Below are positions 26,922-37,980 of a stretch of 64,000 nt of DNA, piece by piece. Both the position numbers and the translations under genes were made by a program. The stretch's first letter is position 1. Each line of letters opens with the position of its first letter. This DNA comes from Halocafeteria seosinensis. Its lineage: Eukaryota. Below the pieces are notes generated by a model. It was given only the letters and a program-made list of their open reading frames with translations, had not been told where the DNA came from and made no database searches. The stretch is from the NCBI GenBank assembly GCA_001687465.1, contig LVLI01000278.1, positions 124,001-188,000 on the forward strand, read 5' to 3'.

Positions 26922-28052
26922 TTAGAAGCATTTCCGATGCACTATAGTAGGACCTGCCTCGTCATATTCCTCTTTAGAAATCCACATACTCTGGAACGTT
27001 GATAGTGATGCCAAAATTGATCCTCCAATCCATACTGAATATTTACGTTCCGGTGGAGCTACTACCTTGATTTTCATGGCAGCAGGTGCCAGTGCCGTCA
27101 GTTCTTTAGTCATCCGCTCAGCAATTCCAGGGAACATAGTGGTACCACCGGAAAGAACAACATTAGAATACAAATCTCGACGAATATCCACATCACATTT
27201 CATGATAGTGTTGAACATGGTCTTGTGAATGCCCGCATCTTCTTTTCCTAACATGTCAGGCTGGAACAGCACTTCGGGAGTGCGGAATCGTTCATTGCCT
27301 ACGGTGATTACATTCCCATCAGGCAGCTCATATGTTTTCTCGATTTCAGAGCTTTCAGCAGATGATTTCATCTCACTATCAAAGTCGAGTGCCACGTACG
27401 TAAGCTTTTCTTTGATATCCCGTACGATTTCCCGCTCGGCCGAGGTGCTGAAGCTGTGCCCTCGCTCGTGTAAGATCTTCATTAAGTAGTCCGTTAGGTC
27501 ACGTCCGGCGAGATCAAGACGTTGGATGGCGTGTGGGAGAGCATACCCTTCATAGATGGGTACGGTATGGCTGACTCCATCACCAGAGTCTAATACACCG
27601 CCCGTTGTCCGTCCCGAGGCGTAAAGAGACAGCACGGCCTGAATATTTACATACATGGCGGGGACATTAAATGTTTCGAACATAATTTGCGTCATCCGTT
27701 CTCTGTTGGCTTTCGGGTTAAGTGGTGCTTCCGTCAACAATACAGGGTGGTCATCGGGGGCCACACGAAGTTCATTGTAGAACGTGTGATGCCAGATTTT
27801 CTCCATATCGTCCCAATTAGTGACAATTCCGTGCTCAATCGGGTACTTCAACTTGAGGACACCACGTTTACTTTGGGCTTCATCTCCCACATAGGCGTCT
27901 TTCTGGTCCATTCCAACCATGATACCTGGATGCTTGGGTCGACCGACGATACTTGGGAAGACGGCACGGGGGGCATCGTCACCGGCAAAGCCAGCCTTGC
28001 ACATCCCACTTCCATTATCGACAACGAGAGCCTGGACTTCGTCTTCTGCCAT
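26922..28052 (-). CDS. ACT: Conventional actin, intronless
   Basis: 376 aa with all actin signatures: [58 protein letters not shown]. Confidence 0.99.
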   Translation of the reverse strand: MAEDEVQALVVDNGSGMCKAGFAGDDAPRAVFPSIVGRPKHPGIMVGMDQKDAYVGDEAQSKRGVLKLKYPIEHGIVTNWDDMEKIWHHTFYNELRVAPDDHPVLLTEAPLNPKANRERMTQIMFETFNVPAMYVNIQAVLSLYASGRTTGGVLDSGDGVSHTVPIYEGYALPHAIQRLDLAGRDLTDYLMKILHERGHSFSTSAEREIVRDIKEKLTYVALDFDSEMKSSAESSEIEKTYELPDGNVITVGNERFRTPEVLFQPDMLGKEDAGIHKTMFNTIMKCDVDIRRDLYSNVVLSGGTTMFPGIAERMTKELTALAPAAMKIKVVAPPERKYSVWIGGSILASLSTFQSMWISKEEYDEAGPTIVHRKCF

Positions 28053-28823
28053 GATGCTTAATTTCCACGTTTAAAGTACGAAATACTGTATAAACAGGAG
28101 CGGGTTATAAAGTTTCGTTAATGCTGTATTATGAACTGGAAAGACTTTATCCACAATACTGCCGAATTCATCACTGTGCATGGACTAAACTGTACCCAAC
28201 TCAATTCCAGAGGAACAGCGACAAAAAAGGTGAAGCACCTCTAGCAGGTGCATTCTACAGGGCGTACAGAATCGCAAGACAAACACAAGAAAACCGCGCA
28301 AAGGCAGTAAGTATATTCCGCTTCATGATAGCCGCTATCAGATAGCGACCATTCATCATATGCCGTTGAATGTTGAGCGAACTATCACAGTCAGTACTTG
28401 CTCTGAGCCTCTGGCTCATCTTTGGGGACTTCGTCCGCACATGTACTGCCGCCTTCCTGGAACTGGGTGCTCGCTTCGCTTCAGCTACTCGATGTACTTG
28501 CACCTTTGCCTTGCTGGGCCCAGAAACCTTTTTGGCTGAGACGTCATGTTGAGCCACTGTAATTCAGGAAAACAGGGAAAAGCGCTTGTTGCGGAACAGT
28601 GACTTGAGCGAGCATCAACTCGGAAGAAATGAAAGTGCAAGTGCGATATCATACATAAGTATTAGCACTGCACCAGAGACTCCGGTATCCACTGAAATTC
28701 CGTATGACCATATTCGGAGGGTACTTGTACTGTGCTCATAGTAGCCTCCTACTCGGATATCGGGAATATCCGTTACTAACGGACCGGACCGTAAGAGAAA
28801 TAGAATATTACGTTCAAAGGAAA

Positions 28824-29960
28824 TCATGAAAATGAACTGCGGTAAATAACAACAGGTCCTTCTTCTTCATAGGAATCCTTACTTATCCACATGTCACTGA
28901 ATGTAGATAACGATGATACCATGGAACCTCCAATCCACGGTAGATACTTGCGCTGCTTCAGAGATGCCATTTCTACTTTGTAGCCACTAACAAGGGCTCC
29001 AAGCTCTTTTGCCATCCTCTCAGGGAAACCAGAGAACATCGTACTCCCACCTGAAAGGGCCAAATTCGAGCATAATTCACGTTGTATACTTCCATGACAT
29101 GCCATGATAGTCCTGAAAATGCCCTGGTGAACACCAATATGGTTGATCTTTCCCAGTAGCTTTGGTTTAAATAGGGCCTCGGGGGCTCGGAAGATCTCAT
29201 CCCCTATATGTATAACGCCTCCATCAGGTAATTTATACTCTCGTGCGACGGCGGCGTTTCCAGTCGAAGTAGCACTATGGGTTTCAGGATCCAGGGCTAC
29301 ATATGTGCGTGTTTCTTTTATCTGCCGCACTATATCCTGCTTTTGAGCCAGGTCCGGGTTATGTTCACGTTCTTGCAAAATTCTCAGGAGGTAGTCCGTC
29401 AAATCTGCTCCAGCAACATCGAGCTGGGTAATGGCATGAGGAAGTGCGAAGCCTTCATATATGGGGACACAGTCAGTGATTCCTTCGCCACAGTCCAGAA
29501 TTATTCCGGTTGTCCTTCCTGTAGTATAGAGAGAAAGGACGGCTTGCATACCAATATAGAGTGCCGGGACGTCAAAGCTTTCAAACATGACCTCTGCCAT
29601 TCTCTCTCTATTTGATTTGGTATTGAGCGGCGCTTCGGATAGCAGAACCGGTCGATCGTCATCAGGAGCCACACGAAGCTCATTGTAGAAAGTGTGATGC
29701 CAAATTTGCTCCATCTCCTCCCAGTTTGTAATGATACCGCTATCAATGGGGTTACTCAAACTCAGGATACCATGCTTACTCTGAGCATCGCTTCCGACAT
29801 AATGGTCTCGCCGATTGCTCCCAGGGCTGGACTGGGGATGTCGCACAGTGCCCACTACAGTCCGAAAATCGGAGCGGGGGAGTTGCTCATTAGCGAATCC
29901 AGCTTTACAGGTCCAAGTGCCATTGTCAATTACAACGGCCTGCGTATCCTCCGCAGCCAT
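28824..29960 (-). CDS. Divergent actin-like paralog, tandem to conventional actin, intronless
   Basis: Colinear with actin over its full length from MAAEDTQAVVIDNG, including [27 protein letters not shown] and WIGGS, but with many substitutions. Frame is intact. Confidence 0.9.
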   Translation of the reverse strand: MAAEDTQAVVIDNGTWTCKAGFANEQLPRSDFRTVVGTVRHPQSSPGSNRRDHYVGSDAQSKHGILSLSNPIDSGIITNWEEMEQIWHHTFYNELRVAPDDDRPVLLSEAPLNTKSNRERMAEVMFESFDVPALYIGMQAVLSLYTTGRTTGIILDCGEGITDCVPIYEGFALPHAITQLDVAGADLTDYLLRILQEREHNPDLAQKQDIVRQIKETRTYVALDPETHSATSTGNAAVAREYKLPDGGVIHIGDEIFRAPEALFKPKLLGKINHIGVHQGIFRTIMACHGSIQRELCSNLALSGGSTMFSGFPERMAKELGALVSGYKVEMASLKQRKYLPWIGGSMVSSLSTFSDMWISKDSYEEEGPVVIYRSSFS

Positions 29961-30627
29961 TGGAGAATTGCACTGTGGTCGATGGTTCCCAATCCCTGTG
30001 CGGGTGTGGGATACGCAAGAGTAGCTCACTCACGCAGTCCACTCCTCGGGAGCAGATTCCAATTCCCACACTTGTCCCCTGACTTTTCTAAAAGAAGTTC
30101 ACTTTTCGTCCGAAATTTTGAGGTTTGCCGGCAAGCAACTATTAAGCTCTTATGTCTCTGCTCCATGGGCGTTGGATACTGTTGAAGGTACGTGCTGTTC
30201 TCACCTTTTGCTCATTGACTGCTCCCTTCGTTCCACTTGTTCAAGGCGCCAGGAAACCAAGCCATGAGGATTTTCAGCGAAACCTTACTCTACAAACCTG
30301 CAACATTGTCATTGGACAGATGGCGTCCTACATACCCAATATTCGGTGATCTTGAAGTACCAGCAAGTTGAAGCTTGCGACTCTGACAGCTTTAAGACAT
30401 GCATACTGTATACAATTCTTACTTGATTCTCTCAACAAGTGCTCCTTTCTTGTTCCAAAATTTCTTGTAGTGCCGTCGGAATTTGGCTTGTACTAAAAAC
30501 CTGGCTAGGCAAACGCAGTTTTTGTGAAGTTACGGCCGATTGACACAAAGTCGAGTATATACTATACAGCCTTGATTGCGCTCTTTCTGGCTTCCATTTG
30601 GGTCCTAAACTAATTCTCCTTGGAGAT

Positions 30628-32730
30628 ATGACCTCCATGGACAAGTCTCGCGAGTCTAGTGGAAAAGACAACCGCGAGTACCTGGCGCCCAACGGCGGCG
30701 GTGGAATCAAGATTTGGCACAATCCTCCGCGATCTTTTCTGAATTTCCTCGCTGCGCAGAAACTGGTCACCGAACAGAACCAATTCCGCCATGCTGAGAG
30801 GGAAGACAAGCCTTTGCCGTCCTTTGAGGAGAATCGACATGAACTCCCGCAACCGCATTGGAAGGGTCACGAAGAGACCATTCGGTGTTATTGGAAAGTC
30901 TGGGAGCTGGTGTTTCGTAATCTTAGAGACCCTCCGAAAGACAGCGGATTCATTCACAACTACGTAGACACTGCCTTCAATGATTGTCTGTTTATGTGGG
31001 ATAGCGTGTTCATACTCGCATATACGCGCTACGCGCGAAGAGTGTTTCCGTTCCAGCAGACGTTGGATAATTTGTACGCCACCCAAACAGACGATGGATT
31101 CATTACACGAGAACTCCGAAGAGACGGTGAGTTGTTGCACAAGGTTTTCTTTAAAAGCATTAGTCGATTGAGCATTAGTGGTTGAAATTTGCGTTGAGCA
31201 GGAACCTTCCAATTTCACCCGAGTGACATAGCCAGTACAGGGCCCAATGTTCTTGCTTGGAGTGAGTGGATGCACTGGGAGACATGCGGAGATAAAGAGA
31301 GACTTGCGAAGGTGAATAGAATAGTTACCTTCCTTTCCTGTGTAGTTTGTTGATACGTAATCATGTTGTTCTTTGAAACGCAGGTCTTTCCGGTACTGTT
31401 AGCTTATCACCGTTGGATGCGCACAAATAGGACTTGGCAAAATGGGTCGTACTACTCCTGTGGGCTTGGCTGTGGAATGGATAATCAGGTAATTTCTTGG
31501 CTCAGAAATGGGCTTAGTAGACCTATGAGATGTTGATTTGTTTACTGCAGCCGAGGGTTCCTCCCGGATATGATCCTATGGTGCATCATGGGCACATGAG
31601 CTGGATCGACGCAACAGCACAAGCGGCGTTGAGCGCCAGGATTCTACATAGTATGGCTGTTGTAAGGGTCTAATTGTTTAGGGAACTATCATTGATGCAC
31701 TAGTATACTTTCTAGGTCTTTTTATTGTGTAGATTCTCGGGAGGTCGGAGGAGACTACAGATCTAGTCACGGAGCATGACTGGTTGAGAGAGTTCATCAG
31801 GGAGTATGGATGGAGTGACGATACTGGATTCATCCACGATGTACTTAATACTGGTGAATGTACTTCCACAATGTCGATTGCTGCTTTCTGGTGTCTCTTA
31901 GCGGGAATGTTGGATGAAAACCAGGACTCGGAGAAGATTCGCAAGCTGTGCTCCTCCCTCGAAGACAGCAACAGGTTTGCTCGTCTACATCAGGTACCAA
32001 CGCTTGCAGCGATACATCCTTCGTACAACCCTGATGGTGGTTATTGGTGCGGAGGTAAGATCACGAACCTAACTAGCTAATATGTGTTGATTGTGAGGAC
32101 TCGTTAACCTTCAGGCGTTTGGCCCCCTACGAATTACCTAGTCTTGAGAAGTCTTGAGACGGTGGGGAAGCATCAACTGGCTCATGCTGTAGCTTTGAAC
32201 CACGTCGAGAGCGTGACGGAGGTACGGAGTTTAACGGGACTATTTGGGGTTCTGTTAACAGTCTGCCGCGAATCTTAGATAGGGAGTATCTCGTGCAGGT
32301 TTTTTCGCAAACGCAAACCGTCTGGGAAAACTATGCCCCAGACAAAGTTGCTCCCGGAAATCCCGCTAAAGCGGATTTCTGTGGGTGGTCCGGCATAGGA
32401 CCTGTGGCCGTCCTGTTTGAATTCATTTTCGGGCTGCGGCCAAATTCGGACACGGCTGAATTAGTAAGATGTCAATTTCGCAGTACTGAAATATCACAAC
32501 GTTTGCTAGTCGATCGCCCTATGCAGACTTGGGATATCCGACTTTTGGAGGAGTTCGGTGTCGAGAAGTATCCTTTCGGGGAAAGTATCCTCCTAAACTT
32601 GTATTGCAGTCAAAGAGCAACGCAGAAAGAAGAACCTGCAGTGGATATTTCTTCGAATAAACCCATTGAGGTGGTGCTGTATTGGGATGATCGGCAACAG
32701 TATAAGAAAATAATGTCCCAGATAAAATAG
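30628..32730 (+). CDS. (alpha/alpha)6-barrel glycoside hydrolase, GH63/MGH1-like or trehalase-like, multi-exon
   Basis: Spliced: DTAFNDCLFMWDSVF, TLDNLY..QTDDGFITRE, TGPNVLAWSEW, GCGMDNQPR, GGYWCGGVWPPTNYLV, WENYAPD, DFCGWSG. These match remembered clan GH-G motifs (WDS, GMDN.PR, YW.G.VW, WENY, F.GW). Confidence 0.8.
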
Positions 32731-32808
32731 GGTACTACTGTACCAAACACACAATACACTTGTCCGTGTGTATTCCATATTCAGCCAGCATAATATGAAA
32801 CCAGCCTC

Positions 32809-35800
32809 TCAAAAGCCCTTCAGTCCGTAAGATACACGTTTTGAACCCTCCTTCTCTGTCTTCGTTGCCTTCGAAAAATGGGTTTGGTCCCCTAGTGTAT
32901 CGGGAGCATCCTTGGCGTTTAAGTTTTTCATTTTATCTTGATCGGAACTGCCTTCGTTTTTATCGCTCTTAGAAGTGTTTCCACCAAAACCTTTTAAACC
33001 GTAAGAAACACGCTTGGAGCCACCTTTTTCATCTTTTGAAGCGCCCGAAAAATGCTGCTTATCCCCTAATGAGTCTGGAGCAGCTTTCGCGTTTAGATTT
33101 TTCATTTTATCTTGATCGGAGTTCCCTGATTTCTCTTGACTCTCGCTGCTGCCTCCTCCAAAGCCCTTCAGGCCGTACGACACCCGTTTTGAACCACTCT
33201 TGTTGTCTTTAAACGCACCCGCAAAATGTTGCTCATCGTCCAAAGACTCAGGAGCAGACTTGGCATTGAGATTTTTCATCTTGTCCTGGTCGGATGGCTC
33301 CGGTTTCTCTCCTTTGTTGCTTCCCCCAAAGCCTTTCAGACCAAACGAGACCCGCTTTGACCCTCCTCTTTCCTCTTTTGAGGCGCCACTGAAATGCGCC
33401 TGATCACTGAGAGAATCTGGAGCGGCTTTCGCACTCAAGTTGCTTATTTTGTCTTGATCCGAAGGCTCTTTGTTGTTGCTCGAAGTGGTGTTGCTGGCTC
33501 CGAACCCCTTTAGACCATAGGATACACGTGTCGAGCCTCCCTTTTGAGCTTTGGCGCCAGTTGCAAAATGCTGCTGATCATCTAGTGACTCCGGAGCAGC
33601 CTTTGCATTCAAGGTTTTAATCTTCTCCTGATCTGAGGCGCCAGAGCTAGTAGCTGAAGTAGACTCACTAGCTCCAAATCCTTTTAGACCATAAGAAACA
33701 CGCTTCGAGCCTCCTTTGTCTGCTGTTGCGGCGGTCGAAAAATGCTGCTTATCATCTAAGCTTTCTGGGGCGGACTTTGCACTTAACGTTTTCATTTTAT
33801 CTTGGTCGTCAGCAACACTATCTTCCTCCTCTGTAACTTCCTGGTCTTCGGAAAAAGATACATGCCGTTCCCTAGTCGGCTTTCCTGAATCCTCAGTCTT
33901 CATTGCAGTTGTGACACCCCATCCTTCGTTCTTGAAGTACTTATCATTTTCTCTTTTCTTCGGTTCTCTCTCTTTTGTCTGGAACCCTTTCAGCCCATAG
34001 GATACTCTAGAGGAGCCCTTACTGTGAGAAGCAGCACCCTCCGAATACTTCTCACTTAGCGGTGCGTACTCCTTCTTCGATACAGGATCGACTTGAGATG
34101 CAGAGCTTTCTGGACTTACGCCTTTCAAACCATAATGGACTCTCTTCATGCCTGACCGCATTGAAATCTGAGCATTGCTTGTGCCGTCCTCGTCCTTTGG
34201 CTCTCCGAGCGAGTCTGCCCGAGATCGTTCGAGTTTCTCTCTACTCTGTTCAATCGAGTATCTTCGCGATTCAGGCATCGGCTCGACGTTGAGCTCTGGA
34301 TCAGTGGCAACGTAAGGTGAACCAGCGCTTTCATCGGGGGCTTCATTAGCGCTTTCTCCGGATACCGGCTCGACCCGGGGAGGCAAGGTTACGGCCGACG
34401 GAGCCTTGTCTTCGTCAAGCTCTTGCAAAGCATTGCGCCGCTTGAGTAACATGCGGAGGGAAGCGTTTTCAGATTCTGCGCGTGCAGCTCGCTCTACAAT
34501 TTCTCGGATTTCTTCCGTCGAATATGCCTGCGGGAACATATAGGAGTTGTCCATGGCCGCTAAACGTCACCTTGGACGCATTACAAGACTTACGTTGATC
34601 TCCTCTAACTTAGTAACTTTACGACGTAGCTGCCTATTTTCCGATTGCAAGTTCTGCACCATCTCTCTCAGCTCCCGTGTGTTTAATGAGTTTGTAACCA
34701 AATCCTTGAAAATACGGAAAATGTCCGAGTCTTGATCAGCATAAGCGTTGTCCACCAGGTTGACAAGCCAATAGTTTTGGCGGATGCCGTCAATCAGCGA
34801 AATTGCTTTTGACTCCTCAGGGTCCTGTACAGAAGCAGACAACCTCCTTAATGATGCTCTGAAAGAATAATGGCAGAATTGTCTTACATTAGGGTCATAA
34901 GTAGCCCCCCATTGGCTGTTCCACAACTCGAACGCCTCATCCTTCCAAGCTCTAAAACTTGCAGGATCGACGACAGTAGGCTGGATAATTTCTCGCCCAG
35001 GAAAAACGCCCCACGTAACCGCGTTTGCCCTCGACTCAGCAGCATTGGAATATTCTAGACCTGTACTCCGGCAACTTTGATCTGCCGAGGAAGTTTCTAA
35101 ACATTGTCCAATGAACTTACCTTCGCAGTTAGTTGCGTGGTATGTCAGGGTAGGATAATGAGGCAGATAGTTTAGCAGTTTCGTGAACAATTCAGGGCTG
35201 CAAAAAAATTCGACGTATGCTTTCTGGAATACATAGCCATCTTTTCCTCCCCATCCGACAGTCGGATCAGACGAGGGAGCGCCGTTAACCCTGCAGACGC
35301 ATCATAACTGTACACAGAAGAGGGCTCCATGGACACAAACCAACTTACTTGGGTTGGGAGTTTATGGTCAAAAATCCATTCATGTTAAGCCATCGTAAAT
35401 CGTCAATAATTACCTTAGACTCGGCAGTGATTTTCGTATCACACCAAGGGAGCTCATGTACTTCTTCGTCGACATATTTGACGAATATGTTGCGGATATC
35501 CGTTTCCGTTTCTGCCAAAAACAGGTCAGGAAAGTCGATGCCCTAGCAAAAGGCGCACAGCCAATGGACAAGTCTACTTACTAGGGACACCCCACATCTT
35601 CTTTCGGTCTACAGTCGGGCGTTTAGCCGCCAGATAATAGTCCGTGAGTTCGCCGTACGCAGGCGACCTAGCATCTCCCCACCTGAAAAGCAAATTGATT
35701 CCTCTAGTGTTCCAGATGACTGTTAGCTTTGAAACCAATCCAAGCCATACCTTCCATTCGGGAATTCTCTCCAGTTGGCAGTACGCGACAAGTAACTAGC

Positions 35801-37467
35801 AGCACGTTTCACCCAAAAAATCGGGCGCACCTCCTCCTGCGGACGTTTAGAGCTGGCATCACCAGGTCCCATCATCCATGGCATCGGCCGTTCATGAGGC
35901 TTTGGTATCATGTCAAGATTTTCCAGAATTCGTGAAACCTGCACTCTAGGTCGACACTTCGCTCCACGGAGTTCGATAAATGGCAGCACACGTATACCCT
36001 TACCGCCTCATTGAGATTCATCGTATAAAAGTGAATGGCATAGTAGCCATGATCTAATAACCTCCGGCAAAGGTCGGTCCCCAGTCTAATTCCATATTCC
36101 CTAACCGCTTCATCGTTTCCTCGAATGGACTCAATGTCTTTCAGCACCTGTCATGTCACGAATTATCAGTTGTACGTCCTTTATGAACGAGAAATGAGCA
36201 AACCAGTGCTTCCTACCTTGGATGGAACACGTGTGCGACACCACCGTGTGAACTGACAGAAGCTTCGATAGGTTTGGACGGGCATGCAGCCTGTAGACGC
36301 GCATTATACCGAGCCAACGTAGTACAACTTAACTTCAAACGCTGTATACTGTTACCGCTTACTTGGAACTATCGGTACGTGAATACCCATCTCTCGGCAG
36401 CGTCGTTCAAAATCGAAGAAAATATCCAAATCGAAGAAAAATTGGGTAAGAACGAAGTCCGCTCCAGCATCAACCTGCTCTCAGAGACACTACTTGAAGC
36501 AGGGATTTGCCGATTTCAAAGACACCACACTCACTTTCATCTTCAGTCGCTCTAAGTCACGGATCTGAGCCTGCTCACTGGGGGGCAAATGGAGATCATT
36601 CCAGTTCTCTGTATGGACTTCAGGGTAGCCGGCAACCGCAATGCAAAAGTAGTCTCCATGCTCTGCTCTTATAAGTTCGACCTGAGTTAGCGTATATATA
36701 TGCGGGTCGCTCAAGTTGCAGGTGACCTAAAAGGAGAAGATACCTACCAGTTCCAGAGCATTTTTCAGTCCACCCGGCACAGTCCTCCAAACGGGCTTCG
36801 CAGTGGAGCTAGTGCTCTCACCACTGTTGTAAACGCTAGCTCGGATTGGGGGGTCACCTCTTAGAGCCAAGATGTTTCGAATACCTGCTTTTCGGGCATT
36901 GTTCAATATTCGTTTTAGGTCCTCCTGCACGTAACATTAGTATTCCTTGTTAACTATCAACGATAGTTGCAATCCACAATGCAAAACATGCGCACCTTGG
37001 GGAGGTGACACGTCAAATGCAGCAATGTGTCGACTCCAAAGTGCTGCTGCACTTTCGATCCAATGTTCAACCACACGGACTCGTCCTGCAAAGCATGATT
37101 GTGGCAATCTTTTGGCAGCGCAGGAATATGCAGTGTGGCAGAGGAGACTTACCTTGAAATGGCTCTGCCAAGTAAGAGTGACAAATGTGGGTTGCAGTCT
37201 GAACGACATGTCCTGGATGCGACTCAAAAGGTTGTTCACTCCGGCTTCCGTCTGTAGGCAGCAAGATAAGCACGATCATCCCAAGAATGCATCGATCGAA
37301 AGAAACAAAATGGCACAATTATGGCATACTTTAGCGGGAAAGAACTCGAACGAGACCGAAGGTCGTGTCTCCCTTAGTCGAGCTCTTTCCAGTTTACGGA
37401 CGATTTTCTCCGCCACCAAGTGAGCCGGTGGCTCCTCATTTTTGTTCTTGTTTGTTGTGTCCGGCAT
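32809..37467 (-). CDS. MTHFR: Methylenetetrahydrofolate reductase (catalytic + SAM-binding domains) spliced in frame to a coiled-coil and tandem-repeat C-terminal extension
   Basis: SFEFFPAK, LHLTC, IRNILALRGDPP, CIAVAGYPE, IHFYTMN, VRPIFW, AVTWGVFPGREIIQPTVVDP..F.AWKDEAF, LVNLVDN. The phase-0 intron 34593-34528 (GTAAGT..TTCCCGCAG, 66 nt) joins ...EEIN to AYSTEE... of ORF 32809..34554. Confidence 0.88.
32812..33815 (-). repeat. Six tandem coding repeats (~170-177 nt, ~56-59 aa), consensus SDQDKMKNLNAKAAPESLxDxQHFxxAxKxxKGGSKRVSYGLKGF
   Basis: Directly visible in the translation of ORF 32809..34554. Two more partial RVxYGLKG motifs lie upstream in the protein. Third codon positions are diverged between units. 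Confidence 0.95.
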
Positions 37468-37980
37468 TGCACCTTGGAAAAGTGATCAAGGACCAACAAG
37501 GAAGCAAAACAAGGGGCACACGCGCCCGAGTCCCAGTTGTTCTCAGAAGGCGAATTCAATTCTTTTAAATTCGCTCAAAATGACGGGAGAGTCGAATCCG
37601 GAGGTTTATATCCTTCCCAAATGTGGTTCTTTGTCCATCGGAACAGAACAGACAAATATGACGCTCTGTATCGGCTAAATACTCCTCCAAGAACAATTCC
37701 TACGCTTCCTCGTACTACGGCACAGACCACTTTGTGAAGCTAGCAAAAGCAGCAATCTTTTCGCAGGTTGAAGTTAGATTCTCGCAAAGATGTAATGCAG
37801 AGATAGTTTGTCAATCTGTTTTTGCCTGTATCACGCGGGGTAGGAACCCTATTCCATTGGTGAACTACGATCAGCCTAGGTGGAGTTGATGCCACTAGTA
37901 GTGGATACGAATTGCTTGGATGGAACGTTGTTATTGGACGATCCGCTCTGTCGTCACAAAGTAGCTGTGGTCTAGAGAGG

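Noticed and set aside
28255..28557. 100-aa basic ORF between the two actins
   Set aside because: GTG start, no recognisable motif, and no actin similarity. Probably intergenic.
32812..33815. Regularly spaced repeats as a CRISPR-like array
   Set aside because: Units are in-frame coding repeats with synonymous divergence. There is no identical repeat/unique spacer structure, no cas genes, and the context is eukaryotic.
32809..34554. Repeat ORF as an independent 581-aa gene
   Set aside because: Its ATG lies inside a canonical 66-nt intron, 13 nt from the apparent MTHFR stop, with no promoter space. In-frame fusion is more parsimonious.
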